The notes beneath the pieces were generated by a model. The model was not told the origin of the DNA, did no database searches, and worked only from the letters and a program-made list of their open reading frames with translations. From Alphaproteobacteria bacterium (lineage in GTDB: Bacteria > Pseudomonadota > Alphaproteobacteria > JBBDQX01): DNA of 64,000 nt. How positions within the stretch are numbered: position 1 is the first letter of the stretch; the number at the start of each line of letters is the position of its first letter. The stretch is taken from positions 2,500,473-2,564,472 of the forward strand of contig OZ271840.1 in the NCBI GenBank assembly GCA_965601735.1. Direction: 5' to 3'. The translations under genes and the position numbers were made by a program. Below, one piece after another: positions 30,366 through 38,310 of this stretch.

Positions 30366-31067
30366 ATGTGCGGGCGATATACCCAGACCAGTCCGGCTGA
30401 TGCGGTGGCGCAGCTGTTCGGCATGGAAGGGCCGCTGCCCAATCTCCAGGCGCGCTACAACATTGCGCCGACGCAACAGGCCCCGGTGCTGCGGATGGAT
30501 AGCGGGGCGCGCGTCCTGACCTCCCTGCGCTGGGGGCTGGTGCCGGCCTGGGCCAAGGCGCTGGATGACGGACCGCTCTTGATCAACACCCGTTCCGAGA
30601 CGGTTGCCGAAAAGCCGTCTTTCCGTGCCGCCTTCCAGGCACGCCGTTGCCTCATACCGGCCGACGGCTTTTATGAGTGGCAGCCGGTCGGCAAGGCGAA
30701 GCAGGCCTGGCACATCCACCGTCCCGACGGCGGCCCCTTTGCGTTCGCCGGCTTGTGGGAGCGTTGGGAGAGCCCAGACGGTGGCACCGTGGAGTCCTTC
30801 GCCATCGTCACCACCGATGCCAACGCGACCCTGGCGCCGATCCACCACCGCATGCCGGTCATCCTGCCGCCGGACGCCTTCGGAACCTGGCTCGGCAGCG
30901 ATCCTGCAGCCGCAGGCGTACTGATGCGTCCATTGCCCGACGATGCGCTGGCGGCGCATCCGGTGTCCGACCGGGTCAATAAGGTGGTGAACGATGACGC
31001 GGCACTGATCGAACCGGCGGAGCCAATTGCCGAGCAGCCCCCGGCCCAAGCCGACCTGTTCGGCTAG
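30366..31067 (+). CDS. SOS response-associated peptidase (SRAP/YedK, DUF159), an abasic-site processing protein
   Basis: N-terminal MCGRY with catalytic Cys2, plus NIAPTQ and PADGFYEW motifs. Confidence 0.85.
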   Translation: MCGRYTQTSPADAVAQLFGMEGPLPNLQARYNIAPTQQAPVLRMDSGARVLTSLRWGLVPAWAKALDDGPLLINTRSETVAEKPSFRAAFQARRCLIPADGFYEWQPVGKAKQAWHIHRPDGGPFAFAGLWERWESPDGGTVESFAIVTTDANATLAPIHHRMPVILPPDAFGTWLGSDPAAAGVLMRPLPDDALAAHPVSDRVNKVVNDDAALIEPAEPIAEQPPAQADLFG

Positions 31068-33448
31068 CGGCGCAAGACGGTGACGTGCCGGGCCCCAGCG
31101 CGCAAATCCTCAATCCTGAACGGCGCCTCGCGCAGCTGTCCCTTGGCCATGGGGCCGGTCAGCTGATCGGCGAAGTGGTGTGATGCCGGGTCGCCCGATT
31201 GTCCGTAGACCGAGGCGGCCCGTGCCCCCACGCTGGATGGATTCAGCACCACCGCCAGCAGCGCGACACTGCCGAAATCCGGCGGCCGCCAGGCATCGTC
31301 CGGTCCGAAGGGCCTGAAGCGGGCGTTCTCGCTGGCATGCAAGGCGCCGGCGAACTGCGGAGCACCGGGGATGGCGGCGCTGGCGCCGCGACCTGCGCGA
31401 ACCGCTGATGGCCGCCGGGTCAGGCGGTTGACCGTGCCCCACGGCGGATCGATGCGTCCGAAGTGCTGCCGGGCGTAGGCAGCGGCGCGGTCCAGCGCTT
31501 CCAGCGGTGCAGGGGCATCTGCCGCTGCCTGACCCCGCAGGTCGCTGCCCAGCGCGTGGACGTAGAGAAGGTAGAGCAGGGGGGCGCGGCTCTCGGGTGT
31601 GGCGCGTCCGTCCCAACGGCGCAGCAGATCGATGGCGGGCGCAAGCTGCGCTGCCGACAGCTCCTGCGCCTGCCGCTCCCACGCCGCCAGCAACTGCGGC
31701 AGATGTCCGCATTCGCCTGCGACAGGGTCCGCGCCATCGAGGCAGCCGCCAAGCGGGGCGGGGTAGCGCGCGCCAGTGACATAGGCGTCGAGATAGACGG
31801 ATGCCGCGTCCGCCAGCTGTGCCACATTCATGGCCTCCAGTCGCTGAGCCTGGCGCAGGGCGCGCAGGTTGTTCCGCAGGACCGGGTGTTCGCGGCACGG
31901 CACGATCTCTGCCGGATAGGCGCAATCCCCGTCACCCAGCCGTGCGGCGGTCCAAGGCGGGCTGTTGGCCATTTGCAGCCAGCCGGAGGGGGGATTGCTG
32001 ATGCGCGGAAAAGCGCTGAAAGGGTGCAGCGGGCCAGGCAGGGTCTGGGATGTCCAGCCGGGGATGCCGGGCAGCACGCCGCCCCAGTCCGCCAGTGCAG
32101 GGCAGGGCGTATCGGCGCGGGCGCTGTCGTCCCACCAGTCGACCGCGAGGGGACCGCAGCCCAGGTCCGCGCTATCCACCGCACGCCGGTCGCGCCGGTG
32201 GACCCGGCCGAGATAGCCATAGAACAAGTCACCCGTGGAATCGGCCCGCAGGACGGCGTAATTGGGCAGCTGCTGCATTGCCAGCGCCGCTTCGAAGGCG
32301 GGCCGACCGGCCGCTGTGGCCATGCGGTAGAGCTGTTCCGGCATCCCGGTCGCCCCGCGGGTTGCCCATTGGAGGGCGACCCGATGCCCATTGGACAAGT
32401 CCGCGATGACCGGCCCGTGGGCAGCCTCCCGGATGGTATGCGGCACGGGTGGTGCGCCGCGCACGGCGATGGATTCGGTGCGGGTTTTGAACGCCCGCCA
32501 TGCACCATCAAAGCGGTATCGCCCGTTCTCGGCAATCAGGTAGGCCCGGTCGAAGACGTCCGGGTAGCCGATAGTCACCGCCCAGGCGCTGTCGGCGCCA
32601 TGGCCGAAGATGGGTAGCGGCAGGCCGATGAACGTCCAGCCGCGCATGTCGATGCGCGCGCCCTTCAGCCGCACCTCAGTCATCAGGAAGGGTGGATAGA
32701 GCGCGATATGCGGATTGGCGGCAAGGATGGGGTGGCCACCCGCGGTACGGCGGCCGGAGAGCGCGATGCCATTGGATGCTGGCGGCGGCGTTGCGCCGCC
32801 GGGATGACCCCAGGGGCCGGCGGCCACGGCGTGTCCGTAACGCCAGGCATCGTTCGCCATCGATAGCACGAAGCCGTAGAAGCCATGCAGGGCGAGGACA
32901 TCGGCCTCGGTCACTGGCAGCGTCGTGACAGCCCAGGCGGGCATCGCCCCCGCGACCGTTGCGGCGTAGGCGTTGATGCCCGCGGCGAAGGGGCGCAGCA
33001 CCGTGTCGCGGATCTCCGGGTTCACTCTTTCAAGACCCGCTTGCGCATCGCGGTGAAGACCCAGGGTCCGCAGTTGCCGGTCGCTCTCAAGGCAGTCCAC
33101 GCCCAGGGCGCCGGCCAGGTCGCCGCGCACCTGGCGCACCAGAAAAAGCAGCTCGGGCAGGTGGTCCTCACCCTGGGCAAAACCATGGCCGAACAATGCG
33201 TCGGCGTCGCTCTCAGCGACCACGGCAGGAATTCCCCAGCGGTCGCGCAGCAGTGTGGCCGCCGCACGCTGCCCACTGGTCTTGATCGCGGGCGGCAGGC
33301 TGCCCGCTATGATCCGGTCCGCCGCAGCAACGCAGCTCTCTTCGGCCACCGGAAGTGCGAAGGGCGGTGGAGGCGCGGTCGCAGCGCATGCAGCCAGCAG
33401 TGGTGCGAACAGGGCCGCTTGCAGCGCGGGCCGGACGCGGGCTATCAA
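31064..33448 (-). CDS. Penicillin amidase / acyl-homoserine-lactone acylase family (Ntn hydrolase S45) lipoprotein
   Basis: LLRDRWGIPAVVAESDADALFGHGFAQGEDHL resembles the PvdQ/PGA alpha-subunit. SNGIALSG is the beta-subunit Ser nucleophile, and ANPH is present. The 1134-aa six-frame ORF has a 340-aa N-terminal antisense artefact. My start is the TTG at 33448, giving MIARVRPALQAALFAPLLAAC, a lipobox signal peptide. Confidence 0.7.
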   Translation of the reverse strand: MIARVRPALQAALFAPLLAACAATAPPPPFALPVAEESCVAAADRIIAGSLPPAIKTSGQRAAATLLRDRWGIPAVVAESDADALFGHGFAQGEDHLPELLFLVRQVRGDLAGALGVDCLESDRQLRTLGLHRDAQAGLERVNPEIRDTVLRPFAAGINAYAATVAGAMPAWAVTTLPVTEADVLALHGFYGFVLSMANDAWRYGHAVAAGPWGHPGGATPPPASNGIALSGRRTAGGHPILAANPHIALYPPFLMTEVRLKGARIDMRGWTFIGLPLPIFGHGADSAWAVTIGYPDVFDRAYLIAENGRYRFDGAWRAFKTRTESIAVRGAPPVPHTIREAAHGPVIADLSNGHRVALQWATRGATGMPEQLYRMATAAGRPAFEAALAMQQLPNYAVLRADSTGDLFYGYLGRVHRRDRRAVDSADLGCGPLAVDWWDDSARADTPCPALADWGGVLPGIPGWTSQTLPGPLHPFSAFPRISNPPSGWLQMANSPPWTAARLGDGDCAYPAEIVPCREHPVLRNNLRALRQAQRLEAMNVAQLADAASVYLDAYVTGARYPAPLGGCLDGADPVAGECGHLPQLLAAWERQAQELSAAQLAPAIDLLRRWDGRATPESRAPLLYLLYVHALGSDLRGQAAADAPAPLEALDRAAAYARQHFGRIDPPWGTVNRLTRRPSAVRAGRGASAAIPGAPQFAGALHASENARFRPFGPDDAWRPPDFGSVALLAVVLNPSSVGARAASVYGQSGDPASHHFADQLTGPMAKGQLREAPFRIEDLRAGARHVTVLRR

Positions 33449-33484
33449 GCCGCTGACAAAGGAATGGGCGCGGGAGGCGCTGCC

Positions 33485-34444
33485 ATGACGCGGGTCGCCG
33501 TTCTGGACGACTACCTGAAGATCGCGCCGGAGGTCGGTGGCTGGGACAGGCTTCCTGACGGCTGCAGCGTTGATTTCTTCCACGATCATCTCACCGAAGA
33601 GGCCGACATCGTCGAACGGTGCCTGCCCTATGACGCCATCGTCATGACCCGCGAGCGGACTCCGTTCCCCCGCAGCCTGATCGAGAAGCTGCCGAACCTC
33701 AAACTGCTGATCACGGTAAGCGCCCGCAACCGGTCGATCGACTTCGCGGCCTGCGCGGACCGCAACATCACCGTCTGCCACACCCTGCAGGGCAATGGCC
33801 CGACGTCGGAGCACACCTGGGCGCTGATCCTGGCGCTGTTCAAGAATCTGCCGGTCGAGGACCGGGCGATGCGCGACGGCGAATGGGGCATCGCGGTTGG
33901 CCAGGAAGTGCTGGGCAAGACCATCGGTCTGATTGGGCTGGGCAAGCTCGGCAAGAAGGTGGCCAAGGTCGCCCAGGCCATGGAGATGGACGTCATTGCC
34001 TGGAGCCCCAACCTCACCGACGAGCGCGCCGCCGAGGTGGGGGTGCGCCGGGTCGACAAGGACGACCTGTTCGCCGAGTCCGATGTGGTCTCGGTGCACA
34101 TCATCTCCAGCGACCGCACCCGTGGCCTGGTGGGGGCGCGGGAACTCGGCCTGATGAAGCCGACCGCCTTTCTGGTGAACACGTCGCGCGGACCGATTGT
34201 CGAGGAGGCGGCGCTGATCGACGCGCTGCGCAACGGCACCATCGCGGGGGCGGGGCTCGATGTCTACGACACCGAACCGCTGCCGCTGGACCATCCGCTG
34301 CGCGACATGCCCAACACCGTGGTGACGCCCCACACCGCCGGCTTCACCCGCGAGACCTTCACCCTTTGGTATGGCGGCGCCTGCGAGGATGTCCTCGCCT
34401 GGCTCGACGGCAAGCCGATCCGGCTGCTCGCCCCGCCCGACTGA
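33485..34444 (+). CDS. D-isomer-specific 2-hydroxyacid dehydrogenase (NAD-binding), tandem paralog 1
   Basis: GLIGLGKLG Rossmann motif and a catalytic R/E/H region. GGGAGG SD. Start MTRVAVLDDY. Confidence 0.85.
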   Translation: MTRVAVLDDYLKIAPEVGGWDRLPDGCSVDFFHDHLTEEADIVERCLPYDAIVMTRERTPFPRSLIEKLPNLKLLITVSARNRSIDFAACADRNITVCHTLQGNGPTSEHTWALILALFKNLPVEDRAMRDGEWGIAVGQEVLGKTIGLIGLGKLGKKVAKVAQAMEMDVIAWSPNLTDERAAEVGVRRVDKDDLFAESDVVSVHIISSDRTRGLVGARELGLMKPTAFLVNTSRGPIVEEAALIDALRNGTIAGAGLDVYDTEPLPLDHPLRDMPNTVVTPHTAGFTRETFTLWYGGACEDVLAWLDGKPIRLLAPPD

Positions 34445-34460
34445 TTGCCGGGAGAGATTC

Positions 34461-35426
34461 ATGACCAAGATCGCGATCCTCGACGACTACCAGAATGTCG
34501 CCCTGTCCATGGCCGACTGGGACGCGCTGCCGGACGGCTGTTCGGTGCAGGCGTTCCACGACAACATCACCGACCGGGAGGCGCTGGTCGCCCGGCTTGA
34601 GCCGTTCGACGTGCTGGTGATCATGCGCGAGCGTACCCGGTTCCCCGGCGATCTGATCGCGCGGCTGCCGAACCTCAAGCTGCTGATCACGTCCGGCGGC
34701 CGCAACGCCGCCATCGATCAGGCGGCCTGCGCCGAGCGCGGCATCGCGGTGGCCGGCACCGGCGGCTTTGGCGCGCCGACCTCGGAGCTCGCCTGGGCGC
34801 TGATCCTCGCCATGTTCAAGCGGGTGCCCGAGGAGGATCGCGCCACCCGCGCGGGGCACTGGAGCCTCGGCCTGACCCGGACGCTGGAAGGCAAGACGCT
34901 GGGCGTGCTGGGCCTCGGCAAGCTGGGGGCGCGGCTGGCCAAGGTCGGCCAGGCGTTCGAGATGGACGTCATCGCTTGGAGCCAGAACCTCACCGACGAG
35001 CGCGCCGCCGAGGTGGGCGTGCGCCGGGTGGAGAAGGACGCCCTGTTCGCCGAGTCCGACGTGATCAGCATCCATCTGGTGCTGAGCGAACGCTCCCGCG
35101 GCCTGGTGGGCGCGCGCGAGCTGGGCCTGATGAAGCCGACAGCCAGCATCGTGAACACGTCGCGCGGCCCGATCATCGACGAGGCCGCCCTGATCGATGC
35201 CCTGCGCAACGGCACCATCGGCGGCGCCGGGCTGGATGTATTCGACGTCGAGCCATTGCCCGCCGACCATGCGTTCCGTAGCCTGCCGAACACGGTGATC
35301 ACGCCGCATCTCGGCTACGGCACCGAGGAGAACTACCGCATCTATTTCGGTGAGGCGGTGGAGAACATCCGCAACTGGCTTGAGGGCAAGCCGATCCAGG
35401 CCATCGCACCGCCGCGCCAGCCCTGA
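34461..35426 (+). CDS. D-isomer-specific 2-hydroxyacid dehydrogenase, tandem paralog 2
   Basis: Start MTKIAILDDY at 34461 with a GGGAGAG SD. About 70-80% identical to paralog 1, with long identical peptide runs. Confidence 0.85.
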   Translation: MTKIAILDDYQNVALSMADWDALPDGCSVQAFHDNITDREALVARLEPFDVLVIMRERTRFPGDLIARLPNLKLLITSGGRNAAIDQAACAERGIAVAGTGGFGAPTSELAWALILAMFKRVPEEDRATRAGHWSLGLTRTLEGKTLGVLGLGKLGARLAKVGQAFEMDVIAWSQNLTDERAAEVGVRRVEKDALFAESDVISIHLVLSERSRGLVGARELGLMKPTASIVNTSRGPIIDEAALIDALRNGTIGGAGLDVFDVEPLPADHAFRSLPNTVITPHLGYGTEENYRIYFGEAVENIRNWLEGKPIQAIAPPRQP

Positions 35427-35442
35427 TCGTACGGCCCCGATC

Positions 35443-35937
35443 CTAGATCGGGCGGCCCGCCTTCACGCCCATCACCCGGCCGACCGGTTTGGGCCGGGGC
35501 AGGCTGTCGTGGGACGCCTTGATCTCGGCCAGCCGGTCGAGGATGTGGGGCGCCATCGGCGCGACCCGGCGCGCCTCGGTGTCGAGATGCAGCGAGACCA
35601 GTTCGTAGGTGGCGGCCAGGTAGCCTTCCGTGCCGTGGAACATCTCGTGGTAGTAGTGCATCCGCTTCTCGTCGTAATCCAGCAGCACCGACGTGAAGAC
35701 CAGCGGATCGTCCACCTTCACCTCGCGCACATAGACCGTGTGGCACTCCGCCGCCATGGTCGTGACCTTGGCTGAGTCCCGGTAGGCCGGCCCGAGGCCG
35801 AGATACTCATGCCACTCGTCGACCAGCAGGTCGAAGGCGAGCGTGTAATAGGCCACGTTCATGTGGTCGTTGTGGTCGATCCAATCGGGCTTGACCGAGA
35901 CGGTGTAGAGGTCGGTGACGGGCGCGGGGATGCTCAC
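35443..35937 (-). CDS. Hotdog-fold acyl-CoA thioesterase (4HBT/YbgC-like)
   Basis: DHNDHMNVAYY motif, about 160 aa. Confidence 0.75.
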   Translation of the reverse strand: MSIPAPVTDLYTVSVKPDWIDHNDHMNVAYYTLAFDLLVDEWHEYLGLGPAYRDSAKVTTMAAECHTVYVREVKVDDPLVFTSVLLDYDEKRMHYYHEMFHGTEGYLAATYELVSLHLDTEARRVAPMAPHILDRLAEIKASHDSLPRPKPVGRVMGVKAGRPI

Positions 35938-35982
35938 GGGGCAGGGTCGTCCTGATGTCGGGGAAGGCGCGAAGGATGCGCC

Positions 35983-36222
35983 CTAGGGCAGGGTGCGGTT
36001 GTGGGTCGAGATCAGCTTCAGCGATCCATAGTCCTTCCGCTTGAAGCGGTCCAGCGCCAGCGCGACGATCTGCGCCTTCAGGTCCGCATCGAAGTCGGGG
36101 TCATCCTCCACCAGGATGATGTCGGTCATGATGACAAGGGAGAACTTCACCTCCTGCTTGTCGTTCATGGTGTGGGTCTCATAGACCGTCAGGATGTGGT
36201 CGGACAGGTCCGGCGTGGTCAT
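35983..36222 (-). CDS. Small hypothetical protein (79 aa)
   Basis: The C-terminal in-frame portion of ORF 35983..36723, starting MTTPDLSDHILTVYETH. Its ATG overlaps the stop of the TPR-GT9 gene (ATGA), indicating translational coupling. Confidence 0.5.
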   Translation of the reverse strand: MTTPDLSDHILTVYETHTMNDKQEVKFSLVIMTDIILVEDDPDFDADLKAQIVALALDRFKRKDYGSLKLISTHNRTLP

Positions 36223-37685
36223 GGTCGGGGCTCCTCTCGGGCGAGCGCCGTGGCGATGGCGGCGAAGACGCCGTCCCAGTCGCCGGGGGTCGGCTGCCGG
36301 AACAGGCGCATGGTGGGGTACCAGGGGCTGTCGTCCCGGCCGCGCATCCAGCGCCAGTCGGGCATATGGGGGAGGGCAAGCCAGACAGGCCGCCCGGTCG
36401 CGCCGGCCACATGGGCCAGCGCCGTATCGGACGTGATGACGAGGTCGAGGGATTGCAAGACCGCGGCGGTGTCGGTGAACGCGCCACCGTCCTCGTCGAG
36501 CTGAGGCCCCAGGTCGGTCAGGCTGACATCCGCCGGCAGGCCGGTGAACTGCTGTCGGCCCGGCCCCTTCTGCAGGCTGATCAGGGAAACATCCGGCAGC
36601 CGGGCCAGCGGCGTGAAGGCGGCCAGCGGGATCGAGCGCCGGGCATCGCCCGCATAGCCCGGGTCCCCTTGCCAGCCGATGCCCAGCTTGAGGCCGGGCA
36701 GGGGCGCCAGCGCCTTGCGCCACTTCTCGACCCGCGCCGGGTCCGGATGCACATAGGGCACCTGCGCCGGCACCGTCTCCGGTGTGGTGCCGAGGATATG
36801 CGGCAGGCTCATCAGATGCGCCCAGGCGTCGAAGGCCGGAGGGTCCTCGCGCTCGCTGACAATGGCGTCGATGCCGTCGGCGTTCGACAGCAGCTCGACC
36901 AGCCGCGGCCGGCAGCGCAGCACGACCTGCGCACCCGACGCCTTTGCTACCGCGGCGTAGCGGGAAAATTGCAGCACGTCGCCCAGACCCTGCTCACCTT
37001 GCAGCAGGAGGGTCTTGCCCGGCAGTGGTCGGCCATCCCAGACCGGCCCGTCCAGGTCACGCCGGGCGTGGCGGAAATGTGGGGTATGCCAGCGCGCCTC
37101 ATAGGCGGCCCAGCCGTTGGCGAAGTCTCCGTCGAGCAGCAGCGCAAGGGCCAAGTTGTAGCGCGCCCCCGCGTTGCCGGGATCGGCGGCCAGAACCTGC
37201 TTGTAGGTTTCGACGGCAGCAGCGGTATCGCCGCTGTCCTTCAGCGCGATACCCAGGTTGACCGCGCATTCCGGGTCGCGCTGCCCGGCTGCCAGCGACC
37301 GGCGGTAGAGCGCGATGGCCTCGTCGAGCCGCCAGTCCTGCTGCCGGGCGAGGCCGAGGTTGTAGAGCGCGTTGGGATGATGCGGGAATAACGCCAGCGC
37401 GCGTTCCAGCGCGGCCGCCGCCTGTTTTGTCGATCCGGCGTCCAGCAGCGCCGCGCCAAGATTGGCATGGGCCTCGGGATCGTTGGGACTGAGGGACGCG
37501 GCCTCGGTGAAGGCGGCAACCGCGTCGTCGCGCCGGTTCAGCGCAGCCAGGGCGTAGCCCAGCAGGTTGAGCAGGTCCGGACGGCGGCCCGTCCCAGCGT
37601 CAAGTGCCGCCTCGCATCGGGCGAGGGCCTCGTCGGCCGCCCCGCGCGCGAGGCAGGCGCTGATCGCGGCCAGGTCTGCGGCCAC
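36219..37685 (-). CDS. TPR-repeat protein with a C-terminal glycosyltransferase family 9 (heptosyltransferase-like) domain
   Basis: About 6 TPR motifs at the N-terminus. C-terminal GxGDxLxxxR, ITSDTALAHVAGA and PVWLAL motifs of the GT9 fold. GTG start 2 nt after the upstream stop. Confidence 0.75.
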   Translation of the reverse strand: MAADLAAISACLARGAADEALARCEAALDAGTGRRPDLLNLLGYALAALNRRDDAVAAFTEAASLSPNDPEAHANLGAALLDAGSTKQAAAALERALALFPHHPNALYNLGLARQQDWRLDEAIALYRRSLAAGQRDPECAVNLGIALKDSGDTAAAVETYKQVLAADPGNAGARYNLALALLLDGDFANGWAAYEARWHTPHFRHARRDLDGPVWDGRPLPGKTLLLQGEQGLGDVLQFSRYAAVAKASGAQVVLRCRPRLVELLSNADGIDAIVSEREDPPAFDAWAHLMSLPHILGTTPETVPAQVPYVHPDPARVEKWRKALAPLPGLKLGIGWQGDPGYAGDARRSIPLAAFTPLARLPDVSLISLQKGPGRQQFTGLPADVSLTDLGPQLDEDGGAFTDTAAVLQSLDLVITSDTALAHVAGATGRPVWLALPHMPDWRWMRGRDDSPWYPTMRLFRQPTPGDWDGVFAAIATALAREEPRP

Positions 37686-37687
37686 CC

Positions 37688-38248
37688 TCAGCTCTGCGGC
37701 AGTTCTGGCATGTCCACATAGCCGCGGGCGATGGCGCGGGTTAGGGCATCGAAGGCGTGTACGGCCTCTTCATACATGTGACGGCGCTCGGAGACTTCCC
37801 GGACGCGCGCGTCGTCCGGCGCCTGCCCATCCTGCAGGTGCAGGCGCAGCAGCGCCGATTCCAGGTAACGCGCACGCAGTTCCGCAACGCTGGCGGCCAG
37901 CTTCAGCACCTTCTCACGGTCCAACTCCGGAATATGCTGCGATACCGTACTGCGGTTGATCTCCCTGATCTCCTCCGCCAGCCCCTCCACGAAGTCAGCA
38001 TGGACGAGCGGTGCGTCGAATTCCCCTTGCTTGTTTGCCATTGAGTTTTCCCCGGCTGTGAGAGGGTGCCGTAACTTTATCAGCAGCGCCGCGACATTGG
38101 TGGCCAACTGCTGCACCTTCTCGCGGTCGAGTTCAGGAATTTGCTGCGATCCCGTACTGCGGTTGATCTGCCTGATCTCCTCCGCGAGCCCTTCGACAAA
38201 GTCGGCATGGACGAGGGGTGCTTCTAGTTCCCCTTGCTTGTTTGCCAT
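37688..38248 (-). CDS. Small hypothetical protein with an in-frame tandemly duplicated N-terminal module (186-aa fused form; 117-aa form if initiated at the second ATG, 38041)
   Basis: Two copies of MANKQGE[L/F][E/D]APLVHADFVEGLAEEIR.INRST.SQ.IPELDREKV lie 207 nt apart (ATGs at 38248 and 38041). The RBS-proximal sequence is duplicated with them, and the second copy continues into the unique C-terminus. The 389-aa six-frame ORF upstream of 38248 is an Arg/Pro-rich antisense artefact. Confidence 0.55.
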   Translation of the reverse strand: MANKQGELEAPLVHADFVEGLAEEIRQINRSTGSQQIPELDREKVQQLATNVAALLIKLRHPLTAGENSMANKQGEFDAPLVHADFVEGLAEEIREINRSTVSQHIPELDREKVLKLAASVAELRARYLESALLRLHLQDGQAPDDARVREVSERRHMYEEAVHAFDALTRAIARGYVDMPELPQS

Positions 38249-38291
38249 TGAGGGTTTCCCGGCTGTGTGAGGTTGCGGCAATCTTATCACG
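37880..38291. repeat. Two-copy direct tandem repeat, 207-bp unit (about 88% identity), covering the 5' UTR/RBS and first about 54 codons of the small gene
   Basis: Copy 1 is about 38087-38291 and copy 2 about 37880-38084. The period is exactly 207 bp (69 codons), so the duplication is in frame. Confidence 0.8.
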
Positions 38292-38310
38292 GGCAGGGGG
38301 GATTGAGAGC

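Noticed and set aside
33449-34468. Upstream 340 codons of the 1134-aa ORF 31064..34468
   Set aside because: Antisense to the 2-hydroxyacid dehydrogenase gene. The acylase homology begins only after the lipoprotein signal peptide at TTG 33448.
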